A stretch of 64,000 nt of DNA from a candidate division WOR-3 bacterium (GTDB lineage: Bacteria; Hydrothermota; Hydrothermia; Hydrothermales; JAJRUZ01). This document shows positions 1 to 8,261 of this stretch, piece after piece. Position numbers and translations under genes: made by a program. Each line of letters starts with the position of its first letter. Position 1 is the stretch's first letter. The notes beneath the pieces were generated by a model, which saw only the letters and a program-made list of their open reading frames with translations, was not told where the DNA came from and searched no databases. The stretch covers positions 28,273 through 92,272 of the forward strand of contig JBDRZP010000005.1 in the NCBI GenBank assembly GCA_039804025.1, in the 5' to 3' direction.

Positions 1-867
1 ACCAATTACACATATAACATGACTTATTGTTTTGAGAACATCCACATAATCTCCTCCTACATAAAAAGCCGGTTCGTAATAGTAAGTTATATCATATTCA
101 TTAATCTCAGGTAATTTTTCAGGTAAAAGCATTTTTTGTATTTCCTGTGCCAGTTCAGCATCTCTTTTAAGTCTTTCCTTTTCTGTTAATTCCTTTCTGT
201 ATTCAATAAGTTTAATTCTCATTTCTTCTGCAGCTTTTGCAATTTTACCGAATTCATCCTTTGATATAATTTTAATATTTTCATCAAGTCTTCCTTCTCC
301 AATTTTTCTTAAGGCTTCTATTATATAGTTTAAAGGTTTCAGTGATAAATGGGAAAACAGGAATATCAAAAAGGTTCCTAAAATTAAAGATAAAGAGAAA
401 ATTAAAAAAGCAGATTTTCTAAAATCACTTTTAGCTTTTTCGAGAACTGAAAGAGAAAGTCCAAGATAAACTTTTCCTATATTTATACCCCCCATTATTA
501 TATCTTTTTCAAATATAAGTAGATTTTCTCTTGCTTCATAAAAAGGTAATATTTCTTTTATATTTTTATCAATATCTTCATAATCTGGAGAACCCTTTAT
601 TTTACCCTGTTTATCTACTATGTAAACAAAGGAAAGGTTTTCTTCTTTTTTTAAAGAGTAAGTTAATCTTGAAAGTTCAGCAAGATTGTTATCAAGAAGA
701 GGTTCCTTTGCAAATCTTGCAAGAGATAAAGATAAGGAATTTCCCCTTTCTTTTATTTCTTCAATTATATATTTTTCGCCCCTTTGAGTTAGATTATCGT
801 ATATTAAATAGGAAAAGAATATGAATAAAAGAGAAAAGAGAATACTTATTTTTACTTTAAAACTCAT
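1..867 (-). CDS. Membrane-bound PP2C/SpoIIE (RsbU-like) phosphatase with sensor and HAMP domains; 3'-truncated by the window edge
   Basis: Not in the ORF track; translated by hand from ATG at 867: MSFKVKISILFSLLFIFFSYL (TM), extracytoplasmic domain, second TM, HAMP (KPLNYIIEALRKIGEGRLD...KDEFGKIA), then AELAQEIQKMLLP...YEPAFYVGGDYVD, the start of a SpoIIE domain. Frame is open to base 1. Confidence 0.85.
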   Translation of the reverse strand, partial: MSFKVKISILFSLLFIFFSYLIYDNLTQRGEKYIIEEIKERGNSLSLSLARFAKEPLLDNNLAELSRLTYSLKKEENLSFVYIVDKQGKIKGSPDYEDIDKNIKEILPFYEARENLLIFEKDIIMGGINIGKVYLGLSLSVLEKAKSDFRKSAFLIFSLSLILGTFLIFLFSHLSLKPLNYIIEALRKIGEGRLDENIKIISKDEFGKIAKAAEEMRIKLIEYRKELTEKERLKRDAELAQEIQKMLLPEKLPEINEYDITYYYEPAFYVGGDYVDVLKTISHVICVIG

Positions 868-868
868 T

Positions 869-1432
869 TTACTTAAGTTTTTCCTTCAATTTCTTATAGG
901 CAAAGAAGAGTCTTTCTTCTCTTGTTAAAAGGTTCTTTTTTTTGAGTATTTCTTTAAATTCTTTTTCGGATATTTTATTTTTTGAGGGACACTCCTTTAT
1001 TAATTCGCTGGGTTCAATTAATGGATTTTCAATTATTTTTTCCTCAATCCAATTTTCAAGGTTAAAGGTTTCCTCAGCTTTTTCTTCTATTTTTTCTTCA
1101 AATACTGGAATATCATATTTTTCCCTATAATCAATAAATCTGTATAGTTCCATTATATCAAAAATGCTTTTTATTTCAGGTTTCATACCTGTAACAATTA
1201 CATTTATGTTATCTTTTTTTGAGTACACACAGAATTTTAAAAGGGCTCCGTAACCTGCACTGGAAACATAGTCTACATCTCTATAATTTATAACTATTTC
1301 TTTTTCACCTTCCCTTTTTGCTTTTTCAAGAACTTCTTTGAATTCGTTAACTGTTCTTGTATCTATTTTGCCTTTTAAGTTTACATAAACTCTTTTATTT
1401 TCCTTAAATATTTTTGCTTCAAAAATTTTCAT
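869..1432 (-). CDS. STAS-domain anti-sigma-factor antagonist (RsbV/SpoIIAA-like) with an extra C-terminal helical domain
   Basis: LKGKID...VDYVSSAGYGAL STAS signature with the phosphoacceptor Ser; about 70 extra C-terminal residues; directly upstream of the RsbU-like gene. Confidence 0.85.
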   Translation of the reverse strand: MKIFEAKIFKENKRVYVNLKGKIDTRTVNEFKEVLEKAKREGEKEIVINYRDVDYVSSAGYGALLKFCVYSKKDNINVIVTGMKPEIKSIFDIMELYRFIDYREKYDIPVFEEKIEEKAEETFNLENWIEEKIIENPLIEPSELIKECPSKNKISEKEFKEILKKKNLLTREERLFFAYKKLKEKLK

Positions 1433-1479
1433 ATCATATTATAAATGAAAATTTTAATTTTTTTCTCTTAAATTTTATT

Positions 1480-2007
1480 ATGAAGATACTGATCACAGGA
1501 AAACCTGGTTCAGGTAAAACAACTCTTTTAAAAAGAATTTATGAAGAGCTTAAAAATTATGTTAAAGTGAGAGGTTTTTTTACAGGTGAGATAAGAGAAA
1601 AGGGTGAAAGAATCGGTTTTTTTATAGAAAACTTTGAAGGTAAAAGGAAAATTTTTGCCCATAAGGATTTTGATTTTCCTTTAAAAGTTTCAAAATATGG
1701 AGTTAATATTAATGCACTTCTTGAAATAGGTCTTCCTGAGATAATTAAGGCTATAGATGAAAAATCTTTTCTTATGATAGATGAGATAGGGAAAATGGAA
1801 CTTCTTTCAGAAAATTTTCAGGAACTTGTTGAAAAGGCTTTTAATTCAGGTATAGATATAATTGCCACAATTTCAATTTCTCCTCATCCCTTTATAAAGG
1901 AAATCAAAAAAAGAGAGGATGTTAAGATTTTTGAAATTAATGAAAATAAAAGGGAATATCTTTTTAAAAGGATAAAAGAAATTTGTTTCGCGGAATTAAA
2001 AATTTAA
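1480..2007 (+). CDS. Nucleoside-triphosphatase, THEP1/NTPase_1 family
   Basis: MKILITGKPGSGKTT Walker A, GFFTGEIRE..RIGF, IDEIGKMEL Walker B. Start moved to ATG 1480. Confidence 0.9.
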   Translation: MKILITGKPGSGKTTLLKRIYEELKNYVKVRGFFTGEIREKGERIGFFIENFEGKRKIFAHKDFDFPLKVSKYGVNINALLEIGLPEIIKAIDEKSFLMIDEIGKMELLSENFQELVEKAFNSGIDIIATISISPHPFIKEIKKREDVKIFEINENKREYLFKRIKEICFAELKI

Positions 2008-2025
2008 AGTATATAGATATTAGAA

Positions 2026-2352
2026 TTAAACTCTTTTAATAACTTCTGATAGAAGTATTTCAAGTCTTTTATTTCCTTCGTCAATCATTCTCTGTGTTTC
2101 CATTATAAATTTTTCAAGTCTTTTATTTCCTTCTTCAATCATTTTTTCTGTATCTTTTTTGCTTTCTTCAATCATTTTTTCTGTGTCTTTTTTGCTTTCT
2201 TCAATCATCCTTTGAGTTGCTTCAATCATCTTTTTTGCTCTTTCATCCTCTTTTTGTATGAGTTTATTTGTAAAATAAGATAGGATAAGGGGTTGAATTA
2301 AAGCAAGAACTCCTAAAATAAGTGCAAGAATATTTACTGTTTCAGTTGTCAT
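2026..2352 (-). CDS. Small single-TM protein with repetitive coiled coil
   Basis: N-terminal hydrophobic helix, then (K/R)MIEESKKDTE repeats; 108 aa. Confidence 0.75.
   Translation of the reverse strand: MTTETVNILALILGVLALIQPLILSYFTNKLIQKEDERAKKMIEATQRMIEESKKDTEKMIEESKKDTEKMIEEGNKRLEKFIMETQRMIDEGNKRLEILLSEVIKRV
2131..2209. repeat. 33-bp tandem repeat (about 2.4 copies) inside the coiled-coil gene
   Basis: ttcttcaatcattttttctgt(a/g)tcttttttgct at 2131-2163 and 2164-2196, partial third copy from 2197. A second 31-bp repeat lies at 2059-2089 and 2113-2143 (54-bp period). Confidence 0.9.
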
Positions 2353-2406
2353 ATTTTAATTTTAAAATGAAAATTTAAATAAAATCAAATTAAAGGAAGC
2401 TGAGTT

Positions 2407-3663
2407 TTATAATCCCTTTTCCTGATTAATATTTAAAATCTTAATAGTTTCTGTATATTTTCCCATTTTAACCTTTATAAAATATGTATTTTTATTTATC
2501 TCATTTAAGTTTATTTCAAGGCGATATTTTCCTTTTTGAGCATAACCATAGTTCCTCTTTTCAATTAATGAATCATTTGTGTTATAAAAATCTAATTCTA
2601 TTTGAGAGGGTTCTTTTATATCAAAAACTAAAACAAGGGATTTTGAGTTCCTTAATACATAAAGATTGTTTTTTTGCTCAGAGACTTCTGGTTTAGAAGG
2701 CTTAAAATCATCTTCACCTAAAAGACCACCTTCAAACTTTAAAATAAATGCATCACTACCTCCTGCATTTGTTCCCTGATAATATGCACCACCACCTGGA
2801 TCTTGTGTTGGAAAATCAGTTGAAGAAGTCCTTCCTGTTACAAAAACATTACCATTTGCATCCGTTGTAATTGAATAGCCATAATCATAATCACTTCCTC
2901 CATAATAAGTAGCCCATAAAAGTGCAAGTGGTGGATCTATTATTAAATTATTTTCTCTTGAATAATTTGCAGTAAATGTAATATAACCTTCTTTAAAATC
3001 ATAAAGAACTTCTGCTTCTTTTGAGCCTTGATATGCAAAAATCTCTCCATCCTCTATTTGAGAAATAGGAGTTTTAAGTATAAGTTTCTTACCATCTTTA
3101 ATCTCAACATCAGCATACTTTATATCCATCTTTATTTTTGATATATCAGCAAATGGCTTTAACTCAAACTGATGATGAACCTTACCATCCTCATATCTCC
3201 ATACCCAGTCAATCCCTGGATAAATTTCCTTTATCCTCACCTTTCTATAAGTTATAACTCCAAGAATCCCATCAGGACAAGAAGAAAGATAATAGTTTGT
3301 ATACCCAGATAAAGGCTCCTCAAACTCTATATTTTCCTCTTTTATATTTGCATCTATAAGGTCAACATCAATCCTTGAATATTGTATTTTTTCCAGATTT
3401 TTTTCTGAATCTTCTTTTTTCATTCCATAAATAACATAAGAAACTCCTTTTTCAGTTATAAATATTCCAAAACCAGGAAGTTTTGCCCTTATAAGAACAT
3501 CTTTTACAGGTTTTCCTTCAAAATCTCCTACTTGTCCGAAATTCTTTTCAAATCCAATATAATCATTTATCCAGCTTTTAGTAACTCCTTCCTTCACTGT
3601 TTGATTCACTTCAAGAGCATATAGTGCTATCAGTGTTAAAAACATAAAAATTACTTTTTTCAT
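2407..3663 (-). CDS. Secreted SBBP-repeat family protein (conserved N-terminal domain, one SBBP blade, T9SS-like/FlgD-like C-terminal tail)
   Basis: Signal peptide MKKVIFMFLTLIALYA; FEKNFGQ and IKEIYPGIDWV motifs; LIIDPP.LLWATYYGGSDYDYGYSITTDANGNVFVTGRTSSTDFPT is the SBBP repeat; tail ends TYFIKVKMGKYTETIKIL. Confidence 0.85.
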   Translation of the reverse strand: MKKVIFMFLTLIALYALEVNQTVKEGVTKSWINDYIGFEKNFGQVGDFEGKPVKDVLIRAKLPGFGIFITEKGVSYVIYGMKKEDSEKNLEKIQYSRIDVDLIDANIKEENIEFEEPLSGYTNYYLSSCPDGILGVITYRKVRIKEIYPGIDWVWRYEDGKVHHQFELKPFADISKIKMDIKYADVEIKDGKKLILKTPISQIEDGEIFAYQGSKEAEVLYDFKEGYITFTANYSRENNLIIDPPLALLWATYYGGSDYDYGYSITTDANGNVFVTGRTSSTDFPTQDPGGGAYYQGTNAGGSDAFILKFEGGLLGEDDFKPSKPEVSEQKNNLYVLRNSKSLVLVFDIKEPSQIELDFYNTNDSLIEKRNYGYAQKGKYRLEINLNEINKNTYFIKVKMGKYTETIKILNINQEKGL

Positions 3664-3682
3664 TTTTATTTTAAGAGTTTTA

Positions 3683-3710
3683 AAGGATTTGCACCTTATC
3701 TATTATTATA
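3683..3710 (-). promoter_or_regulatory. Extended -10 box followed by a T-loop-like leader hairpin (AAGG-TGCAAAT-CCTT)
   Basis: Minus strand reads TG-T-TATAAT(3710-3705)-aatagat-AAGGTGCAAATCCTT(3697-3683)-19 AT-rich nt-ATG(3663); no SD. Confidence 0.65.
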
Positions 3711-3738
3711 ACATAAAAAAAATTCAAGGTTTTTAAAT

Positions 3739-3765
3739 ATATTGGATTTTTCTGGCTCAATAAGA
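3739..3765 (-). repeat. 27-bp motif shared with the duplicated 36.2 kb and 40.7 kb element
   Basis: Minus strand tcttattgagccagaaaaatccaatat; 26/27 identical to 40930-40956 and 25/27 to 36468-36494. Confidence 0.85.
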
Positions 3766-3845
3766 GTGTTATAAATATACAAATACAGAATGAAAATAAA
3801 AGGCTACTTTATAAATTTTAAAAAAGTAAAAATTCTATTACACAA

Positions 3846-3921
3846 TCGGGGAGAGGGGATTTGAACCCCTGACCTCCTGGTCCCGAACCAGGCGCGCTAA
3901 ACCGGACTGCGCTACTCCCCG
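3846..3921 (-). tRNA. tRNA-Pro (anticodon CGG); 3' CCA not encoded
   Basis: Minus strand CGGGGAGTAGCGCAGTCCGGTTTAGCGCGCCTGG-TTCGGGA-CCAGGAGGTCAGGGGTTCAAATCCCCTCTCCCCGA gives a full cloverleaf; followed by TTG, not CCA. Confidence 0.97.
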
Positions 3922-3934
3922 TATTTATATTTTA

Positions 3935-4282
3935 TTATATCCTGGATAATAAATTCTCTATTTGCTCCTGTAAGGAAAATGAATTATTTTCAAGTTCAAG
4001 AAATATACTGAAACCTTTCAGTTTTTCCTTTAAATTTTTATTAGCCTTTGTCACAATAACCACAAAGGGAAAATCATATTCACTAATATTTAAACTAAAA
4101 ATTTTTTCACCTATTTTACCAGGATCAAGAATAAAACACTTTACATCTGAAGGATTAAATTTTCCTAAATCGCCAAAATCTTCAAGATTTATAATCTCAT
4201 AGCCTTCAAGAACGAAATAAGGCTCTATCTTTTTAAACTCTTCCTCGTAAACCATAGCTAGAATCAAATTTTTTTCCATCAA
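3935..4282 (-). CDS. Hypothetical protein, possibly a degenerate receiver-like alpha/beta fold
   Basis: 115-aa ORF with genome-typical composition; alternating beta/alpha pattern (LILAMVYEEE...CFILDPG...PFVVIVTK). Confidence 0.55.
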   Translation of the reverse strand: MMEKNLILAMVYEEEFKKIEPYFVLEGYEIINLEDFGDLGKFNPSDVKCFILDPGKIGEKIFSLNISEYDFPFVVIVTKANKNLKEKLKGFSIFLELENNSFSLQEQIENLLSRI

Positions 4283-4425
4283 TTAAAAATAATGCAATAA
4301 CCATTCCTTTTTTTCTTTTGGAGTCCTGTGTAAGAAAATTTTTCTCTTATAAGTACTTTTTAAATACATCTAATTAAAATAATTTGAATTTTGCAAAATC
4401 TTGTATATTTTAAGTTACATTAAAT

Positions 4426-5352
4426 TTATCTATAAACTCCCCTTTTTATATTATCTGTTGTTCCAAAAGTTTTTTTGTGTTCTTCAAGCAATTTTTCAAA
4501 ATATGAATCTACCATTTTCTGGATTTCATTTATCTCTTCTTCCTTTAAATGTTTGAATCTTCCCTGAATCTGAAAGTATTCCTTTAAGGGGAGTCCCTTT
4601 GGCATATAATTTATTTTAATTTTATCACCATCTTCTACTTCATATAAGGGGAAAAATTTTGTTTCAACTGCAAGTCTTGATGCCTTTATTGTAAGTTCAG
4701 AATCCATTCTCCATCCAGGGGGGCATGGAGCAAGAACATGTATGAATCTTGTTCCTTTTATTTCTTTAGCTTTTTTTACCTTATTATAAAGATCAAGGGG
4801 AAAGGCAACTGTTGCTGTCGCAATATAGGGAATTCTATGTGCCCTCATAATTTCAACTATATTCTTTTTAGGTCTTGGATTAGGACTTTCAAAAGGTGTT
4901 GTGGTTGTCCAGGCTTTATAAGGAGTTGCCCCTGACCTCTGAATACCTGTATTCATATAAGCCTCATTGTCATAACATATATATAGAATGTCTTCATTTC
5001 TCTCAGCTGCTCCGGATAATGCCTGAAGTCCAATATCAAAGGTTCCTCCATCACCTGCGAAGGCAAGGACATTTATGTCTCTCTTACCTTTTATATTCAG
5101 TCCTGCTCTTATTCCAGTTGCAGTTGCTGCTGCTGTTTCAAAGGCAGTATGGAAAACTGGAACTTTAAGGGAGTGGTATGGATAGGGTCCATCAATTATT
5201 GTCCAACAGCAGGCTGGAATAGTAGTAATAGTATTTTTACCAAGGGCTTTTAAAACATGCTTCATTGTTATAACTGCACCACAGCCCTGGCATGATAAAA
5301 CACCGGGATTTAAAACTTCTTCCTGTAAAAGTTCTCCCCATTCAAAAACCAT
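4426..5352 (-). CDS. porB: Pyruvate/2-oxoacid:ferredoxin oxidoreductase beta subunit (TPP-binding)
   Basis: SCQGCG, AGDGGTFDIGLQALSGA, CYDNEAYMNTGIQRS, LAPCPPGW; SD GGAGGG upstream. Confidence 0.92.
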   Translation of the reverse strand: MVFEWGELLQEEVLNPGVLSCQGCGAVITMKHVLKALGKNTITTIPACCWTIIDGPYPYHSLKVPVFHTAFETAAATATGIRAGLNIKGKRDINVLAFAGDGGTFDIGLQALSGAAERNEDILYICYDNEAYMNTGIQRSGATPYKAWTTTTPFESPNPRPKKNIVEIMRAHRIPYIATATVAFPLDLYNKVKKAKEIKGTRFIHVLAPCPPGWRMDSELTIKASRLAVETKFFPLYEVEDGDKIKINYMPKGLPLKEYFQIQGRFKHLKEEEINEIQKMVDSYFEKLLEEHKKTFGTTDNIKRGVYR

Positions 5353-5364
5353 TTTTTTCCCTCC

Positions 5365-6564
5365 TTATAAGTTTATATTTTCTTCCTTTAATCCCCAGAA
5401 AATAATATCCTCGGAAGTTTTTCTTTTTTCTGCATCTTTTATTATCCCATAAACATCAGAAGGTGTTATATCCCTTCCACCAAGACCTACAATATATCCA
5501 ATAAGTTTTGGTTTTTTTCTTGATGTGTAAAGGGAAGATCTTATTTCGTTAAAGAAAACACCACCAAGCCCAAAGGATATATTTCTATCCATAACAATAA
5601 CTTTTTTTCTTCCTTCAAGGAGTTCTCTTACTTTATTGAAGGGGAAGGGTCTTAAAACTCTTATTCTCAACACACCGATTTTTTTATTTTCATTTTTTCT
5701 TATTTTATTTACAGTATATTTAACAGTTGAGGAAATTGCTCCTGAACTTACAATCACGGTTTCAGCATCATCCATCATAAATTCCTCAACAAGTCCCCAT
5801 CTCCTTCCGAATTTTTTCTCAAATTCTTCACCAGCTTTTTCAATTTCATAAAGTGCCGTTTCCATTGCCTTTTGAATTTTATAGCGAAATTCCATATAAG
5901 GACCTGAAGGAGAAACAACCGCACCTATTGCAAAGGGATTTTCAGGAGAAAGTGCCCAGGGCAAATCAAGGGGTGGCAAAAATTCATCTACCTCTTCCTG
6001 ATCAGGTATTTCAACTGGTTCAGCAGTATGGGACAAAATAAAGGCATCAAGAACAATCATTGTAGGAAGAAAAACTCTTTCTGAAACCTTGTAGGCAAGT
6101 ATAACAGAGTCAAGAACTTCCTGATTGGATTCACAGTAAATCTGCATCCAACCTGTATCTCTCTGTGAGATTGTATCATTTTGATCAGACCATATTGACC
6201 ATGGAGCTCCAACAGCTCTATTAATTGCTGCCATGACAATAGGCAATCTATCACCTGCTGCCCAGTGTAAAAGTTCATGCATTAAAAGCAATCCCTGTGA
6301 TGATGTTGCTGTAAAGGTTCTTGCACCAGTTATACTTGCACCGATGCAAACAGCCATTGCTGAATGTTCTGATTCAACATTTACAAAAGTTGCATTTAAT
6401 TCCTTTTTACCGCACATTTCTGATAGAAGTTCAACAACCTGAGTTTGTGGTGTTATTGGATAGGCTGATATAACCTCTACCCTTGATAACTTAACTCCAT
6501 AAGAAACTGCGTGATTGCCATATAAAACTTTTTTTGTTTTCTTTTCAATTTTTAATTTTTCCAT
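5365..6564 (-). CDS. porA: Pyruvate/2-oxoacid:ferredoxin oxidoreductase alpha subunit
   Basis: GNHAV, AYPITPQT, ESEHSAM, TATSSQGL, GLGGRD motifs. Confidence 0.93.
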   Translation of the reverse strand: MEKLKIEKKTKKVLYGNHAVSYGVKLSRVEVISAYPITPQTQVVELLSEMCGKKELNATFVNVESEHSAMAVCIGASITGARTFTATSSQGLLLMHELLHWAAGDRLPIVMAAINRAVGAPWSIWSDQNDTISQRDTGWMQIYCESNQEVLDSVILAYKVSERVFLPTMIVLDAFILSHTAEPVEIPDQEEVDEFLPPLDLPWALSPENPFAIGAVVSPSGPYMEFRYKIQKAMETALYEIEKAGEEFEKKFGRRWGLVEEFMMDDAETVIVSSGAISSTVKYTVNKIRKNENKKIGVLRIRVLRPFPFNKVRELLEGRKKVIVMDRNISFGLGGVFFNEIRSSLYTSRKKPKLIGYIVGLGGRDITPSDVYGIIKDAEKRKTSEDIIFWGLKEENINL

Positions 6565-6583
6565 TTTTAATCCTCCTTTTGTT

Positions 6584-8248
6584 TTAAACCATCTGAATTA
6601 TTCCCCTTGGACACTCTTTCGCACAAATACCACAACCTTTGCAAAAATCGTAGTCTACAGAGGGTCTATTATCCTTCCATAATATTGACATATCAGGACA
6701 ATAAACAAAACAATTTCCGCAGGAATTACAATAACCACAGGAAAAACACCTTTTTGCTTCTTTTATAGCCATTTCTTCTTGTAAAGTTTTTACCTCCTCA
6801 TCAAAGGTTTGTATTCTTTCTTCTACAGATAGCTCAAAAGGATGAACTGCTTTTTCTTTATTAAAATAATCAGTATTTATAAGCATAAAGGAAACAGTTT
6901 TTGGTGGAGCTTCCCTTACATTTATATCTTCACCTTTTAGAAATCTATCAATACTTTCAGCAGCTTTTTGAGCCCAAGATTCAGCCTCAACAACTGTTGA
7001 AGGACCCTGAATAAAATCTCCGCCAGCAAAAACACCTTTAACTTTCATAGCTCCTGTCTTTTTATCAGCAAAAGGCCATCCATCATCACCAAGATATTCG
7101 GAAGGTAAAGCGCTTCTATCAGCCTCTTCACCTATTGCCTTTATTACAAAATCATACTCCTCTTCATAAACTGCACCCTCAATAGGAATTGGTCTTCTTC
7201 TTCCTGAAGAATCAGGTTCTCCAAGTTGCATTTTCTGTAGAGTTAAAACAATTTTATCATTTTTCTTCTGAGCTTTTATCGGAAGAACTAAAAGATGAAA
7301 TGGAATCCCATCGCTTTTTGCTTTTTCTCTTTCTTCTTCAAGAGCAGGCATTTCTGCTTCAGTTCTCCTGTAAAGTATTTCTGGATTTGCTTTAATTCTT
7401 TTGAGTGTTCTCACAACATCCATTGCTACATTACCTCCTCCTATACAGGCTACCTTTTTACCTATGAATTTTGAGATATCTTTTCCTTCATTAACTTCCT
7501 TTAAAAAATGTAATCCTGAGAGCATTAAATCTTCACCCTCAATTTTCATTTTCTTTTCAACCCATGCTCCAATAGCAATAAAGATAGCATCAAATTTATC
7601 CCTAAGTTCATCTATGGAAAAGTCTTTTCCGAGTGCTTTATTTGTTTCAATTTTTATTCCCATTTTATAAAGCATATCAAACTCTCTATCCAGAATATCC
7701 TTGGGTAATCTGTAGGAAGGAATTCCATACCTTAATACTCCACCAGGAAGAGATTCTCTTTCATAAATTGTAACAGAGTGTCCTTTTATCCTTAAAAAGT
7801 AAGAAGCAGCCATTCCAGCTGGTCCAGAACCTATTACTAATATTTTTTTACCTGTATCCGAAGGGATTTCCTTTATTTTATATCCCCTATTAAGAATATA
7901 ATCACCTACGAATCTTTCGAGTTCTCTTATTGAAATTCTTTCATCGAACCTTTTTCTGTTACATCCGATCTGGCAAAAGGCAGGACAAACTCTTCCTGTT
8001 ATTGCTGGAAAGGGATTTTTTTCAAGTAAAATATCAGCTGCTCTATCAAGGTTTTTTTCAATAATATAAAAAAAATACTGTGGAATTTTTGTCCCTAAAG
8101 GACATGCTTTTGAACAGGGTGCAGCTTTATCTTCTATTACAGGTTTTAAATTTTTCCATGAACCTGTTTTTAAAACTTTTGTTGAACCCGTCGAAAGAGC
8201 AACTTCTGGTAATTCATTGATATCTTTATAAGAAATTCTTTTATCCAT
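6584..8248 (-). CDS. PorD-like ferredoxin fused to a GltD-like FAD/NAD(P) oxidoreductase module
   Basis: N-terminal KTGSWKNLKP (PorD-type); CSKACP and GRVCPAFCQIGCNR Fe-S motifs; GSGPAG (FAD); GGGNVAMD and YRR (NADPH); C-terminal CNSCGNCFVYCP and DYDFCKGCGICAKECP. Confidence 0.88.
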   Translation of the reverse strand: MDKRISYKDINELPEVALSTGSTKVLKTGSWKNLKPVIEDKAAPCSKACPLGTKIPQYFFYIIEKNLDRAADILLEKNPFPAITGRVCPAFCQIGCNRKRFDERISIRELERFVGDYILNRGYKIKEIPSDTGKKILVIGSGPAGMAASYFLRIKGHSVTIYERESLPGGVLRYGIPSYRLPKDILDREFDMLYKMGIKIETNKALGKDFSIDELRDKFDAIFIAIGAWVEKKMKIEGEDLMLSGLHFLKEVNEGKDISKFIGKKVACIGGGNVAMDVVRTLKRIKANPEILYRRTEAEMPALEEEREKAKSDGIPFHLLVLPIKAQKKNDKIVLTLQKMQLGEPDSSGRRRPIPIEGAVYEEEYDFVIKAIGEEADRSALPSEYLGDDGWPFADKKTGAMKVKGVFAGGDFIQGPSTVVEAESWAQKAAESIDRFLKGEDINVREAPPKTVSFMLINTDYFNKEKAVHPFELSVEERIQTFDEEVKTLQEEMAIKEAKRCFSCGYCNSCGNCFVYCPDMSILWKDNRPSVDYDFCKGCGICAKECPRGIIQMV

Positions 8249-8261
8249 TTTTTTTCCTCCT

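Noticed and set aside
531-824. Short opposite-strand or alternative-frame ORFs in the track (e.g. 531-824, 942-1130, 13045-13392, 27195-27740, 44873-45370)
   Set aside because: They lie wholly within well-supported genes and show the F/S/L/I-rich antisense signature of K/E-rich coding DNA.
2059-2209. Short direct repeats as a possible CRISPR array
   Set aside because: The repeats are adjacent without unique spacers, are multiples of 3 and lie in-frame in a CDS; no cas genes are in the window.
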